This document shows, piece after piece, positions 19,276 to 30,409 of a DNA stretch of 64,000 nucleotides. Made by a program: the position numbers and the translations under genes. Below the pieces are notes generated by a model. It made no database searches and was not told the origin of the DNA. It saw only the letters and a program-made list of their open reading frames with translations. This DNA is from an uncultured candidate division Zixibacteria bacterium (lineage in GTDB: Bacteria; Zixibacteria; MSB-5A5; GN15; FEB-12), in assembly GCA_963664195.1 (NCBI GenBank), contig OY760907.1, positions 2,336,001-2,400,000 of the forward strand. The letters are read 5' to 3'. Every line of letters begins with the position of its first letter. Position 1 is the first letter of the stretch.

Positions 19276-21429
19276 TCATGACTTGTCCTCAGGAGGTTTA
19301 GACAGCATCGACAATGAGATGCGCTTTCGGTCGATATCAATGTCGAGGACGGTCACTTTTACTCTCTGCTGGACCTTGACAACCTCAGCCGGGTCCTTGA
19401 CAAAGCGATCTGCCAACTGGCTGACGTGTACCAATCCATCCTGATGCACTCCAATATCTACAAATGCGCCGAAATTGGTTACGTTTGTCACTATTCCCGG
19501 CAGACTCATGCCTACTTTGAGGTCCTGCATGGTCTTGACGGAATCGTCGAAACTAAACGCCTCAAACTTGGCTCTCGGGTCGCGACCCGGACGGGCAAGC
19601 TCTTTCATGATGTCCTGAAGCGTGGGCATGCCGACCTTGTCGGTCACATAATCTTTCAACTTGATCTGTTCCCGAAGCTTCTCGTTCTGCATCAAATCGC
19701 CGACCGAGCACCCCAGATCCTTTGCCATCGCTTTTACCACGGAGTAGCTCTCGGGGTGGACGGCACTTCGATCCAGAGGATTGTCTGCGTCGTTGATGCG
19801 AAGGAATCCGGCCGCCTGCTCAAATGCTTTTGGTCCCAGCCGCTTGACTTCCTTGAGAGCCGTGCGGGATTTGAACGGGCCGTTTTCGTCGCGGTGTGCG
19901 ACGATATTCTGCGCGAGTTGCGGGCCTAGACCTGACACATACGTCAGAAGCTGCTTGCTCGCCGTGTTGACCTCAACGCCTACCGCATTGACGCATCGTT
20001 CAACAATGTCATCCAGCCCCTGTTTCAGTGAACCCTGGTCGACATCGTGTTGGTACTGGCCGACACCGATGGATTTCGGATCAATCTTGACCAATTCGGC
20101 CAGCGGATCCATGAGGCGTCGTCCGATAGAGACGGAGCCGCGAACGGTGATGTCTTGTTCGGGGAACTCTTCTCGCGCCGCTTCGGAGGCGGAATAGACA
20201 GAGGCTCCCGACTCGTTGACCATTTCCACAACGATGTCCCCCGGCAGGCCGAGTTCTCGGACAAAAGCCTCGGTCTCGCGTCCGGCAGTGCCGTTTCCAA
20301 TGGCAATGACCTCGATATCGAACTTCCGACACAGAGACTTCATTTCGTCGCCGGCGTTTTCCTTCTGGCGGTCGCCGCTGTGCGGGTAGATTGCCGAATG
20401 GTGAAGCAGCTTGCCCTGGCTGTCCAGGCACACTAGTTTGCAGCCGGTTCGGAAACCAGGGTCGAGGGCAAGAATGCGCTTCTGCCCGAGCGGGGAGGCC
20501 ATGAGCAACTCCTGCAAGTTTTCCGCGAAGACACGAATCGCCTCTTCATCGGCCCGTTTTTTGGACTCGAGGCGTATCTCCGTTTCCATCGATGGCCCCA
20601 TCAGCCGCTTGTAGCAATCCTGAACCGCGAGGCGCACCTGCTCGGAGGCCGCATTGTCGTCTATGACGAAGATGCCCTCAAGCAAATCCCGAGCGTTTTC
20701 TTCCGGTGGTCCTACATGGAGGCTCAGTATCAATTCAGCCTCGCCGCGACGCATGGCCAGAACACGATGTGAGGGAGCTTTTGACAGCAGTTCATCCCAT
20801 TCGAAATAGTCCTTGAACTTGGCACCCTCGGACTCTTTGCCCGGGACAAGCTTGGACCTGATTGTAGCCTGTTCAACAAACAACTGGCGCATTTGGGCGC
20901 GGGCCTCAGCATCCTCGTTCACCCATTCGGCGATAATATCTCTCGCTCCGGCCAGGGCGGCCTCGGCAGTTTCGACTTCCTTTTCGAGGTCGATGAACTT
21001 CTCGGCTTCAACAATCGGATCAATCTCACCCTGCTCGGCAATCATATTGGCCAGCGGCTCAAGTCCGCGCTCCCGGGCAATTGTGGCTTTGGTACGGCGT
21101 TTCGGTTTGTACGGAAGATAGATGTCTTCCAATTCGGCCATGGTTTCGGCAGCCTCGATTTGATCCTGCAACTCGTCGGTGAGCAGGTCGCGCTCTGTCA
21201 GGGATTTCAATATGGCGTCACGGCGTTTGTCCAGATCACGAAGCTGCGTCACGCGATCACGAACGGCAGTAATCTGGACTTCGTCCATGGAGCCCGTGAT
21301 TTCTTTGCGATAGCGAGCGATGAATGGCACGGTGGCGTCATCGTCGAGGAGCGTGATGGTCTGGCTGACCTGATTTTGACTGAGACTCAGTTCGGTCGCG
21401 ATTTTCTGTATATGGAGATTGCTGCTCAT
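19276..21429 (-). CDS. tex: Tex-family RNA-binding transcriptional accessory protein (YhgF)
   Basis: ATVPFIARYRKE, LEDIYLPYKPKRRTKA, LDPGFRTGCK, VNESGASVYSAS, IGVGQYQHDV, C-terminal S1 domain FGAFVDIGVHQDGLVH. Confidence 0.95.
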   Translation of the reverse strand: MSSNLHIQKIATELSLSQNQVSQTITLLDDDATVPFIARYRKEITGSMDEVQITAVRDRVTQLRDLDKRRDAILKSLTERDLLTDELQDQIEAAETMAELEDIYLPYKPKRRTKATIARERGLEPLANMIAEQGEIDPIVEAEKFIDLEKEVETAEAALAGARDIIAEWVNEDAEARAQMRQLFVEQATIRSKLVPGKESEGAKFKDYFEWDELLSKAPSHRVLAMRRGEAELILSLHVGPPEENARDLLEGIFVIDDNAASEQVRLAVQDCYKRLMGPSMETEIRLESKKRADEEAIRVFAENLQELLMASPLGQKRILALDPGFRTGCKLVCLDSQGKLLHHSAIYPHSGDRQKENAGDEMKSLCRKFDIEVIAIGNGTAGRETEAFVRELGLPGDIVVEMVNESGASVYSASEAAREEFPEQDITVRGSVSIGRRLMDPLAELVKIDPKSIGVGQYQHDVDQGSLKQGLDDIVERCVNAVGVEVNTASKQLLTYVSGLGPQLAQNIVAHRDENGPFKSRTALKEVKRLGPKAFEQAAGFLRINDADNPLDRSAVHPESYSVVKAMAKDLGCSVGDLMQNEKLREQIKLKDYVTDKVGMPTLQDIMKELARPGRDPRAKFEAFSFDDSVKTMQDLKVGMSLPGIVTNVTNFGAFVDIGVHQDGLVHVSQLADRFVKDPAEVVKVQQRVKVTVLDIDIDRKRISLSMLSKPPEDKS

Positions 21430-21525
21430 TTTCGCCTTTCATGTTGCCTTGTACGGCACGGAAGATAAGGCGAACGGGGCGAAAAGGAAACAGGAACATC
21501 AGAAGATTGTCTGCGGGGGGAGGGA

Positions 21526-21550
21526 TGCCGCCCGCCATCGGCGGGCGACA
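21526..21550. terminator. GC-rich hairpin downstream of the PD40/TPR gene
   Basis: TGCCGCCCGCC-ATC-GGCGGGCGACA; no clear U-tract. Confidence 0.35.
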
Positions 21551-21569
21551 CTGCGAGGAGCTATGTTGC

Positions 21570-23009
21570 CTATTTCCCGCGAAGTTTTTTCAGCATATCG
21601 ACCGCGTTCTGGCTGTCGGGATTCAATTTCAACGACTGTTCGTAATTGGCGATTGCCGCAGTCGTATCTCCTTGCAACGCCAGCATTTCCCCGTAGCTGT
21701 CAAACACGTTGGCCGATTCAGGGAACAAGCCGACATTCAGTTTCATGACATCGACGGCATTGTCAATTCGCTTCCACTGTATGAAACTGTATCCCAGTCG
21801 ATTGATAGTCAATTCGATCGGGCGCCCGAGGTCGTCCCGCTGTTTCAGCTCCGTCGTGACTGCACTGATGGCGGCCTGATCGTCGTCGAGAACGGCCAAC
21901 TTGAGTCTCTTCAGCCAGGTCTGTGTGTCGGGATATCTCTCTGCGCCGACTCGGAACAGAGCGCGGGCGTCATCGGCCCTTTCCTCCCGCAGCAGTCGAT
22001 TGCCGACCCCATTGAGCAGGCCGCCGTCGAAATCACAGTAGTGGGCGTACTCGGTCTCCATGAGATCGTACGACTTGAGTGCGGCCTCGATGCCGTCGTC
22101 TATCACCGTCTGGAACAGTTGTGCACCGAGATTAAGGTCGCGGTCTTTGGATTCCTGGAGGCGGGAGGCATTCACCCAGTAGATGTCTTCGGTCCCTTCG
22201 CGGTTACTGGCGAAGAAGAAGTACTTGCCGTCTGGAGAGAACGCGGGGCAGTACTCGAACATGTCGGTGTTGATTCCAGGGCCAAGATTGCGAGGTGCGC
22301 CCCAGGAACGGTCCGGTTTGCGGAAACATGCCCACAGATCCCCACCGCCGAATCCGGGTCCCCTGCCAGTGGTAGTGAATACGAGCATTTTGCCATTGGG
22401 TGAGATCGCCGAGTTGTATTCCGCAGCCTTGGAATTGACCGAGTCGCCCAGATACTCTCTGGCTACTACGCTGTCGCCGTCGACGGTGGCCCGGAGCAGA
22501 TCGTTCTTGGCGCTGGTCATGAAGAGTTCGCCGTCAATCGATTGAGTTGGGTAGAACTCGCCCTGATCGGAGAGCCGTTTCGGGATACCCCAGTCGTCGC
22601 CCACTCGGTCGACAAACCAGACCTGCCAGGGCTCCTGTCCCTCAGTTCGGTCCAGTTTTCGAGTGGAGATGAAATACAGCCTTGTGCCATCAGGCGTAAT
22701 GAAAGGCTCCATGTCCTGATAAGGGCTGGCATAGGAGGCCACCGTCGGAGTAGTCCAGGAGCTGTCGACATATTTGGAGACCATCGGCGTACCCTGCCGG
22801 CTGAAGTAGAGTTCTGCCAGGTTCGGCATGAACGTGATGTCTCTTTCGTTCTTGTCCGGTGTGTTAACGAGTTCCGGCATGAACGGTACCGGCGTCAATT
22901 CGGGGGGTGTCAGGCCGAGATATTGTGCGTCGTCTTTTGGTCCCGAGCATCCCCAAAACAGGGACAGAGCCAGTGCTAAAACAGTTGAAAGGAGAATAGT
23001 TTTCTTCAT
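21570..23009 (-). CDS. Lipoprotein with PD40 (TolB-like) propeller repeats and C-terminal TPR
   Basis: Lipobox FWGC; PFITPDGTRLYF, ISPNGKMLVF, PAFSPDGKYFFFAS; INRLGY..FPESANVFDSYGE TPR. Confidence 0.85.
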   Translation of the reverse strand: MKKTILLSTVLALALSLFWGCSGPKDDAQYLGLTPPELTPVPFMPELVNTPDKNERDITFMPNLAELYFSRQGTPMVSKYVDSSWTTPTVASYASPYQDMEPFITPDGTRLYFISTRKLDRTEGQEPWQVWFVDRVGDDWGIPKRLSDQGEFYPTQSIDGELFMTSAKNDLLRATVDGDSVVAREYLGDSVNSKAAEYNSAISPNGKMLVFTTTGRGPGFGGGDLWACFRKPDRSWGAPRNLGPGINTDMFEYCPAFSPDGKYFFFASNREGTEDIYWVNASRLQESKDRDLNLGAQLFQTVIDDGIEAALKSYDLMETEYAHYCDFDGGLLNGVGNRLLREERADDARALFRVGAERYPDTQTWLKRLKLAVLDDDQAAISAVTTELKQRDDLGRPIELTINRLGYSFIQWKRIDNAVDVMKLNVGLFPESANVFDSYGEMLALQGDTTAAIANYEQSLKLNPDSQNAVDMLKKLRGK

Positions 23010-23248
23010 TCTCAAGAGTCCTCTTCTGGTTCGATTAGGCGTTCAATCTACCGTACGTTTTGTCTGGTTGGTGTGGCAGCAGCTTTCAGTCTATGTTTCT
23101 AGACGTATGTGGGGTCTGATCTGTTGTCTACGTTTTTGCTGAATCTTAGCAGTGCAATAAAACCTGTACATGTGATTGAGAAAAGCGTACCTTCTTCAGA
23201 TGATCCAGCCGTAAAACCGGCCTAACGCAATCAGAAAAGAGCGATTTT

Positions 23249-24730
23249 TTGCAGGAAACAGACTCTAAACAAGAAGACCACATCATTGAGCCGGAAAACA
23301 GTCTCCCGGAGATATCCATAGACGAACTGCCGGAACGAATGCGCGAGGCGACCGCCAAAGTTGGATGGGCCGATCTTATGCCGGTTCAGGCCAAGGCGAT
23401 TCCGTATGTGCTCGCCGATAGGGACCTGATGGTCCAGTCAAAAACCGGCAGCGGAAAGACGGGGGCGTTTGTGCTGCCGATTTTGGAAAAGATTGACCTC
23501 AATCTCAATGCCTGTCAGGCTTTGGTGCTCGTTCCGACCCGTGAGTTGGCACGACAAGTCGCCAAAGATGCCGAAACTCTCGGCAGCGTGGCGGGAGTTC
23601 GCTGCGCCGCGGTGTACGGCGGCATGAAAATGGGACCACAGCTCAAGGCCCTCGCCAGGGGAGCACACATTGTGGTCGGAACCCCCGGCCGGGTGCTGGA
23701 TCATTTGATGCGTCGTACGCTGTCGCTTGACGATCTGGAATTCCTCGTTTTTGACGAGGCTGACCGGATGCTGTCGATTGGTTTCTATCCTGATATGAAA
23801 CAGGTCCAGAGGCATATTCCTCGGCGGGATATCAATGGTCTGATGTTTTCGGCCACGTTTCCGTCGCGTGTCAAGCGTCTGGCCGCGGAGTTCCTTCGGC
23901 ATCCTGAGTTCCTGAGTCTTAGCAAAGACCGGATTCACGTCACTGAGACTGATCATGTCTACTACGTGGTACCGGGCATGGAGAAAGACCGTTGTCTGGT
24001 TCGCATAATCGAGGTGGAGAATCCTGATTCTGCAATCATTTTCTGCAATACCAAGGCGCAGGTGCATTTTGTGACAACTGTGCTCCAGAGGTTTGGCTAC
24101 GATGCCGACGAACTGACCGCCGACCTCAAACAGAATGCCCGTGAGGGGGTGCTTAATCGTGCCCGGAAGGGCAGCCTGAGGTTCCTCGTCGCCACCGACG
24201 TGGCGGCCCGGGGGATCGATATCCCAGAGCTATCCCACGTTATCCAATACGAGCCTCCTGAAGATCCCGAAGCGTATGTCCATCGTGCCGGGCGCACCGG
24301 TCGAGCCGGGGCCACGGGCGAGGCGATCTCGCTGGTGGCAGGCGTGGAACAAACGGACCTTCAGCGCATCTCCCGACGATTTACGATTGACCTCGTGGAG
24401 CGTCCGCTGCCGAGCGAGGAAGATGTTCAGACTCTGGTTGAAGCAAGAGTGACGGCTTTGCTGGAGGCGCGGCTCCGGGCACGCGAGACTCTGGAGACGG
24501 AGCGTATGCAAAAATTCCTCTCGCTGGCCCGTGAAATGGGACAGAACGAAGACGAGTCGCCGATTATAGCAATGATGCTGGACGATTACTACCAGATGAC
24601 TCTGCACGGCAAATCGCTCGAACCGCCCCCGCTGCCAAAACGTGAGCCCGATAGCTCATCCAGGCCCCAGTCCGGTGGTCGGGGACGCCGCCCACAGAGT
24701 CGAGGCCGTCAGCGTTCGCGGAAGAGGTAG
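23249..24730 (+). CDS. DEAD-box RNA helicase
   Basis: Q motif, SKTGSGKT, PTRELA, TPGR, DEAD, SAT, ARGID, HRAGRTGR; TTG start uncertain. Confidence 0.95.
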   Translation: MQETDSKQEDHIIEPENSLPEISIDELPERMREATAKVGWADLMPVQAKAIPYVLADRDLMVQSKTGSGKTGAFVLPILEKIDLNLNACQALVLVPTRELARQVAKDAETLGSVAGVRCAAVYGGMKMGPQLKALARGAHIVVGTPGRVLDHLMRRTLSLDDLEFLVFDEADRMLSIGFYPDMKQVQRHIPRRDINGLMFSATFPSRVKRLAAEFLRHPEFLSLSKDRIHVTETDHVYYVVPGMEKDRCLVRIIEVENPDSAIIFCNTKAQVHFVTTVLQRFGYDADELTADLKQNAREGVLNRARKGSLRFLVATDVAARGIDIPELSHVIQYEPPEDPEAYVHRAGRTGRAGATGEAISLVAGVEQTDLQRISRRFTIDLVERPLPSEEDVQTLVEARVTALLEARLRARETLETERMQKFLSLAREMGQNEDESPIIAMMLDDYYQMTLHGKSLEPPPLPKREPDSSSRPQSGGRGRRPQSRGRQRSRKR

Positions 24731-24760
24731 TCAGCCTGCTGGGGCAGGCGCTATCCTGAC

Positions 24761-25675
24761 ATGTGGTACTTGATCTGCGCCATTTGTTGCAGTGCGTCGA
24801 TAGCTCTCATTTTCAAGCACAGCGAAACCTCCGGTATGAACCGGTATGGTGTCACCAGTGCCAACTATCTCACCGCCTGTCTGGTCAGCGCTGGCCTGTT
24901 GCTGGCGCAGGGTTTTGAATTGCCGCTGTCGGATATGTACTCCGCGTTCGGCGATCTGCGTAACTTGATCTCGGGGGAGGCGGACACAGCTTCACCGGGT
25001 ACGAGCTTCGCCCGGGCCATCCTCATCGGACTACTAGCGGGCGGCATCTTCTTTCTCGCTTTCGTCTATTACCAGATAGGAGTGAACCGCCACGGTGTCA
25101 GTTTGACCGGGGCATTCGCCAAACTGGGGATTCTGATACCGATGTCGTTCTCGCTGATTCTTTGGAAAGAGTCTCCGTCGACCGTGCAATGGGTCGGTAT
25201 CGGCCTGGCTGTCTTCTCAATCGTTTTAGTCAATAGGCCGACCGACGGCGATTTACGCAAGGCGATCCGGCCCGCGTTATTGCTGCTTTTCCTGTTTGGC
25301 GGACTGGCCGAGTTCAGCAACAAGATATTTCAGCACTATGGTCTTCTTGAGCACAAAACGGTCTTTTTGCTGACGACCTTCTCTGTGGCCTTCGTCTCCA
25401 GCGTGATTACGACACGGATCAAGAGCCAGAAAATCACAAGGCGTGATTTGTTGACCGGGGTGGCGGTAGGCGTTCCTAACCTGTTCTCGTCGTATTTCCT
25501 CATTCTCGCATTGGATACGGTGCCTGCGACAGTCGCTTTTCCGGTTTACAGCGCCGGATCGATTGTTGTCATAAACGTCGTTGGCGCCGCATTCTTCAAG
25601 GAGCGGCTCCGGCGGGCTGAGCAGATTGCAATCGTCCTGACCTGTCTGGGACTGATTTTGATCGATATTCGATAG
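24761..25675 (+). CDS. EamA/DMT-family transporter
   Basis: About 10 hydrophobic segments in two repeats; WKESPS and FFKERL motifs. Confidence 0.85.
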   Translation: MWYLICAICCSASIALIFKHSETSGMNRYGVTSANYLTACLVSAGLLLAQGFELPLSDMYSAFGDLRNLISGEADTASPGTSFARAILIGLLAGGIFFLAFVYYQIGVNRHGVSLTGAFAKLGILIPMSFSLILWKESPSTVQWVGIGLAVFSIVLVNRPTDGDLRKAIRPALLLLFLFGGLAEFSNKIFQHYGLLEHKTVFLLTTFSVAFVSSVITTRIKSQKITRRDLLTGVAVGVPNLFSSYFLILALDTVPATVAFPVYSAGSIVVINVVGAAFFKERLRRAEQIAIVLTCLGLILIDIR

Positions 25676-25781
25676 AGAGAAATAAAGTGGCTACTTTTGC
25701 TCTATGTTGATTGTTATCATATCGACCAGAAGAAAGCAGACGGAATGACGTCACCGGCGAGGTGGCGAAAGGAGATCTCGG

Positions 25782-26702
25782 ATGAGGTTTGATAACATAG
25801 TTGATACCATCGGACGCACTCCTCTGGTACGGCTTAACCGGATGACCGGCGACAACGATGCCACCATATTCGCCAAGCTGGAGTTTTTTAATCCGGGGGC
25901 TTCAGTTAAAGACCGTATCGGGGTTTCGATGATCGACGCGGCGGTGAAAGCCGGTAAGCTGAAGCCGGGCATGACGATTGTGGAACCGACCTCCGGCAAC
26001 ACGGGTATAGGGCTGGCGCTTACGGCAGCGGCACGTGGCTACAAGTGTATCCTGACTATGCCGGAGACCATGAGCGCCGAGCGGATCGCACTCCTCAAGG
26101 CTTACGGGGCAGAGGTTGTGTTGACACCGGGCGCCGACGGGATGAAGGGAGCAATCGACAGGGCGGCTGAAATAGCGGCCGCGGAAGGCTGCTTCCAGCC
26201 CTTTCAATTCAACAACCCGGCCAATCCGGCTATTCATCGAAAGACCACCGCACTTGAAATAATCGAAGATTTGGCGGGTCTCAGGCTCGATGCTTTGGTG
26301 GTTGGGGTTGGAACCGGAGGAACCGTGAGTGGTCTTGGACGTGTTTTAAGGGATAAATTCGTTTGCCGGGTCTATGCGGTCGAACCGGAAGCCTCGCCTG
26401 TGCTTTCGGGAGGTGAACCGGGGAAACACAAGATACAGGGGATGGGAGCCGGATTCATACCGGGTAATTACGACGCCAGTGTCGTTGATGAAGTGATAAA
26501 GGTGGGCGATGAAAACGCCGCCGCGACCGCCAGAGAATTGGCACGTAGAGAAGGTATTCTTGGTGGAATTTCTTCCGGAGCCAACGTCTGGGCGGCAAAA
26601 CAGGTGGCGCGCGAGCTTGGTAAGGGGAAAATAACCGTCACGATAGTTTGCGACACCGGTGAGCGTTATCTCTCAACCGGATTGTTCGACGATGAGAGTT
26701 AA
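25782..26702 (+). CDS. cysK: Cysteine synthase A
   Basis: [21 protein letters not shown] (PLP Lys), [27 protein letters not shown]. Confidence 0.95.
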   Translation: MRFDNIVDTIGRTPLVRLNRMTGDNDATIFAKLEFFNPGASVKDRIGVSMIDAAVKAGKLKPGMTIVEPTSGNTGIGLALTAAARGYKCILTMPETMSAERIALLKAYGAEVVLTPGADGMKGAIDRAAEIAAAEGCFQPFQFNNPANPAIHRKTTALEIIEDLAGLRLDALVVGVGTGGTVSGLGRVLRDKFVCRVYAVEPEASPVLSGGEPGKHKIQGMGAGFIPGNYDASVVDEVIKVGDENAAATARELARREGILGGISSGANVWAAKQVARELGKGKITVTIVCDTGERYLSTGLFDDES

Positions 26703-26735
26703 CTTTGGTCGATATTCGTACGATAAATATAGGTA

Positions 26736-27305
26736 ATGTCAGCAATACTTAGAGACATCAAAGCAATATCGAAAAACGACCCGGCCAGCAGGAATATCGA
26801 GTTTCTGCTGTATCCCGGTTTTCGAGCGATCGTTTTTCACCGGTTCATCCACTTCCTGTGGAACCTGGGGATCCCGTTCATCCCGAGGCTCCTGTCTGAG
26901 ATCAATCGCTGGATGACCGGTCTGGAAATCCACCCCGGCGCGTCGATAGGTCCGGGTCTCTTTGTCGATCACGGTATGGGCGTGGTTGTCGGAGAAACGA
27001 CAACGATGGGTTCTGATTGCGTGATCTTCCACAACGTGACGCTCGGCGGAACCGGTAAGCATACCGGCAAACGCCATCCCACCATCGGCGACAACGTTTT
27101 CATAGGCACCGGCGCAACCCTCCTCGGCCCGATCACGGTGGGGAGTAATGTCAAGATTGGCGCCAACAGCTTCATCGTTATGTGCGACGTTCCTTCCAAT
27201 TGCACTGTGGCCGGAACACCGGCAAGGATTATCAAGCGGAACGGCGTACGTTGCGACGAGGAACTCCCGCGGACAAACGCCGTCCCTCTGCCTAAAGCAA
27301 GCTAA
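26736..27305 (+). CDS. cysE: Serine O-acetyltransferase
   Basis: DPA, EIHPGA, DHGMGVVVGET, VTLGGTG, KRHPTIG; next to cysK. Confidence 0.95.
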   Translation: MSAILRDIKAISKNDPASRNIEFLLYPGFRAIVFHRFIHFLWNLGIPFIPRLLSEINRWMTGLEIHPGASIGPGLFVDHGMGVVVGETTTMGSDCVIFHNVTLGGTGKHTGKRHPTIGDNVFIGTGATLLGPITVGSNVKIGANSFIVMCDVPSNCTVAGTPARIIKRNGVRCDEELPRTNAVPLPKAS

Positions 27306-27317
27306 CGATTGGTCAAA

Positions 27318-28103
27318 TCAAGCCCGGTTGATCTTCCGGCGGATAATCTTTGAAGTAATCTCATTTTGCAGTAGAGCTACCAGGACTCGGTTCTTCAATC
27401 CAGGGATGCTAATGACTTTGTTTTTCCGAATGTCCCCCAGCGACTTCTCCACTACAGCCTCAGAAGACATCCAGAGCGCTTTAGGAACCTGATCCCGAGT
27501 GAAGCCCTCCAGCTCTGGAGAGTCGTGGAACTCGGTGTAGGTGAAGCCGGGACACAGCGCCTGAATTCGTACTCCGGTATCTCTCAATTCAGCGTGGAGT
27601 GCTTCGGAAAAGCAATTGAGATATGCTTTGGTGGAGGCATACGTGACCGAGCCAGACGAAGGCAGGAAGCCGGAGATTGAGGAGACGTTGATTATGTCAC
27701 CACGCTTGCGACTAATCATTCCTGGCAAGGCTGCGTGCGTGAGTTGAACGCTGGCGGTGACATGCACGTTGATCATATCCAACTGGCGAGCAATGTCGCT
27801 ATCGGCAAAGAGCCCCGCTGTCCCGAACCCGGCGTTGTTGACCAGCATGGTGAGACTGCCTAGGCTCCTGATCTGGTTTGCGAGTGCGCCGACATCCTTG
27901 GATACAGCCAGATCCGCGCATATAGTCGTCGCCTTGACTCCGTGCCTGATCTCAAGCTCGCTCGCCAGCGCCTTCAGGCGGTCCTCGCGACGGGCAGTCA
28001 GTAGGAGGTCATACCCCATCGCAGCCAGTTTTCGGGCGAAAGTGGTGCCGATGCCGGCCGACGCGCCCGTGATCAACGCGGTGCCCATGTTCTCGATTGT
28101 CAC
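27318..28103 (-). CDS. Short-chain dehydrogenase/reductase
   Basis: TGASAGIG, NNAG, YASTK, LCPGFT. Confidence 0.92.
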   Translation of the reverse strand: MTIENMGTALITGASAGIGTTFARKLAAMGYDLLLTARREDRLKALASELEIRHGVKATTICADLAVSKDVGALANQIRSLGSLTMLVNNAGFGTAGLFADSDIARQLDMINVHVTASVQLTHAALPGMISRKRGDIINVSSISGFLPSSGSVTYASTKAYLNCFSEALHAELRDTGVRIQALCPGFTYTEFHDSPELEGFTRDQVPKALWMSSEAVVEKSLGDIRKNKVISIPGLKNRVLVALLQNEITSKIIRRKINRA

Positions 28104-28405
28104 TGTTTACCCGCTCCTCTGTTTGCGTTCGGTTCTATCAGGATACCACGGCGCGGAACTTCCGGTCAAACTAAAACGTCCGATGAAGGGAAATCCAGAT
28201 GACGCGAGTTTTCACGTGGGGCCTCAGCGCTCCGAACAATCACTCCGGAATCTTGTTATGCCTAATGAGTGTAGTTTGTAAGGAAACGACCGAAGCTTCA
28301 CAAAGGAGCTTGCACTGAAGCCGATTGATCGCAATACTGATAATTGTCTGCCGGACGCGGAGTGCGGGCAGACTTCAGCAGCGTGACTGATTATGGGTTT
28401 GAAGG

Positions 28406-30346
28406 GTGATTACCGTGACGAAGAGATTTCGACCGATCCGCATATTGACAGCGTTCACACTGGCACTTGTAGCAGCAAGCCTCTGGTCTTGTTCGACCAA
28501 AGAGGTCGAACTCATCCCCAGGGAGATTTTGTTTGGTAACCCGGTGAAGACCGAGCCGATGCTGTCGCCCGATGGCACGATGATCGCTTACCTTGCCCCG
28601 GTCAAGAATGTGATGAATGTCTGGGTGCGCAGTATCGACGAAAAAGACGCCCATCCCATAACTCGCGACGCTGATCAGGGCATCGACAAGTACACCTGGG
28701 CACCCGATAACAAGCATCTTCTGTACATTCAGGACAACAACGGTAATGAGAACTGGCGCCTCTATGCCGCCAATCTCGAAACGGGGAAGGTTCGCGACCT
28801 CACGCCTTTCGAAGGCGTGGCAGCCGAGTTCGTGCATCTCGACTATTCCCATCCAAATGAGATTCTGGTCGCGCTCAACAGGGACGATCCGGGCGTTCAC
28901 GACGTCTATCGGCTGAATCTGGAGACGGGCGAGCTGACTCTGGATGCCAAGAATCCGGGCGGAGTGATGACCTGGATTGCGGACAAAGATTTCACGGTTC
29001 GTGCGGCGGAGGCGGCCAACGACAAAGCGGGCACCGACATCCTCGTTCGAGACTCCGGGAACGGCGAATGGCGGACTCTGCTCACCTGGGGACCTAATGA
29101 GGTCATGAGCGGTCACCCCGTGTCGTTCACGGCTGACGGGACCGGACTGTACCTTGTTGACGCGCGGGATTACAACACCGGGCGGCTGGTCAAGGTCGAT
29201 GTTGCTACCGGCGCGGTGGAAGTTATCGCGGGCGACCCGAATTACGATGTCTCAGCAGTGTTGGTGAACCCGAAGACCTGCGCCATAGAGGCTGTTCAGT
29301 ACGTTAAGGATCGGGTCGAAACGGCTGTACTGGATGAGGGCGTGCGAGAAGACATTGAGGCCATCAAGCGGCTGCATCGAGGGGACATGCACTTCCTCGG
29401 CAGTGATGCTTATAACAATACCTGGTTGATCGGATTCACCGTCGATAACGGACCGGTGCCCTATTATACGTTTGACCGCCTGACAAAGCAGGCAACCGAG
29501 CTGTTTGTGCGGCGACCTGAACTTGAGAAGTACACCATGGCCACCATGGAACCGATCTCGTACACCTCGCGCGACGGCCTGACCATTCACGGATACCTGA
29601 CCACGCCGCCGGGAATGAGCAGAAACAGGCTGCCGATGGTCCTGCTGGTTCACGGTGGACCGTGGGCACGCGACAAATGGGGAATCAACAATGTGACCCA
29701 GTGGCTGGCCAACCGTGGCTATGCCGTTCTGCAGGTAAATTACCGGGGGTCGTCGGGGTACGGCAAAGACTTTGTCAATGCCGGTAACCGTGAGTGGGGG
29801 CGAAAAGTGCACTACGACCTTATTGACGGCGTCAACTGGGCTATCAAGGAGGGTATAGCCAACCCCGGGAAGATTGCGATTTTCGGACACTCGTTTGGCG
29901 GTTATGCCGCCCTGTGTGGGGCCGCTTTCTCTCCCGACGTCTTCCGCTGCTGCGTGGCGATTTCCGGCCTGAGTGATCTGGGTGCGTGGATCAAGTCGCA
30001 GCCGCCGTACTGGTCCACCTGGCGTGAAATAATGTATGCCCGGTTCGGCAATCCCGAAACCGAAGAAATGTTCCTCAAATCACAGTCGCCGCTGTATAAG
30101 GCCGACCAGATCAGGATTCCGGTGCTCATAGCCCAGGGTGCCAACTCAGTGCGAATTCCACGCTCACAATCTGATCGGGTGGTGGATGTCCTCAAGAGGA
30201 ACAACGTCGAGCATACCTACCTTCTGTTTGAGGATGAGGGACACTACATATCTCGTCCCCAGAACCGGATGGAGCTGTATGCTGAGGCGGAAGGGTTTCT
30301 TGCCAAACACCTTGGGGGACGTCTCGAGGGCGAACCTGCCCGCTAA
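28406..30346 (+). CDS. S9 family (prolyl oligopeptidase/acylaminoacyl peptidase-like) lipoprotein; catalytic Asp apparently replaced
   Basis: Lipobox LWSC; LIPREILFGNP, VHGGPW, NYRGSSGYG, GHSFGG, DEGH; QGANSVRI in place of QGANDPRV. Confidence 0.9.
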   Translation: MITVTKRFRPIRILTAFTLALVAASLWSCSTKEVELIPREILFGNPVKTEPMLSPDGTMIAYLAPVKNVMNVWVRSIDEKDAHPITRDADQGIDKYTWAPDNKHLLYIQDNNGNENWRLYAANLETGKVRDLTPFEGVAAEFVHLDYSHPNEILVALNRDDPGVHDVYRLNLETGELTLDAKNPGGVMTWIADKDFTVRAAEAANDKAGTDILVRDSGNGEWRTLLTWGPNEVMSGHPVSFTADGTGLYLVDARDYNTGRLVKVDVATGAVEVIAGDPNYDVSAVLVNPKTCAIEAVQYVKDRVETAVLDEGVREDIEAIKRLHRGDMHFLGSDAYNNTWLIGFTVDNGPVPYYTFDRLTKQATELFVRRPELEKYTMATMEPISYTSRDGLTIHGYLTTPPGMSRNRLPMVLLVHGGPWARDKWGINNVTQWLANRGYAVLQVNYRGSSGYGKDFVNAGNREWGRKVHYDLIDGVNWAIKEGIANPGKIAIFGHSFGGYAALCGAAFSPDVFRCCVAISGLSDLGAWIKSQPPYWSTWREIMYARFGNPETEEMFLKSQSPLYKADQIRIPVLIAQGANSVRIPRSQSDRVVDVLKRNNVEHTYLLFEDEGHYISRPQNRMELYAEAEGFLAKHLGGRLEGEPAR

Positions 30347-30409
30347 GACTCTACAGATGCGGCACCATTTTTAATTGCATCGTATCTCCACATACCGTTA
30401 AATTCGAGC

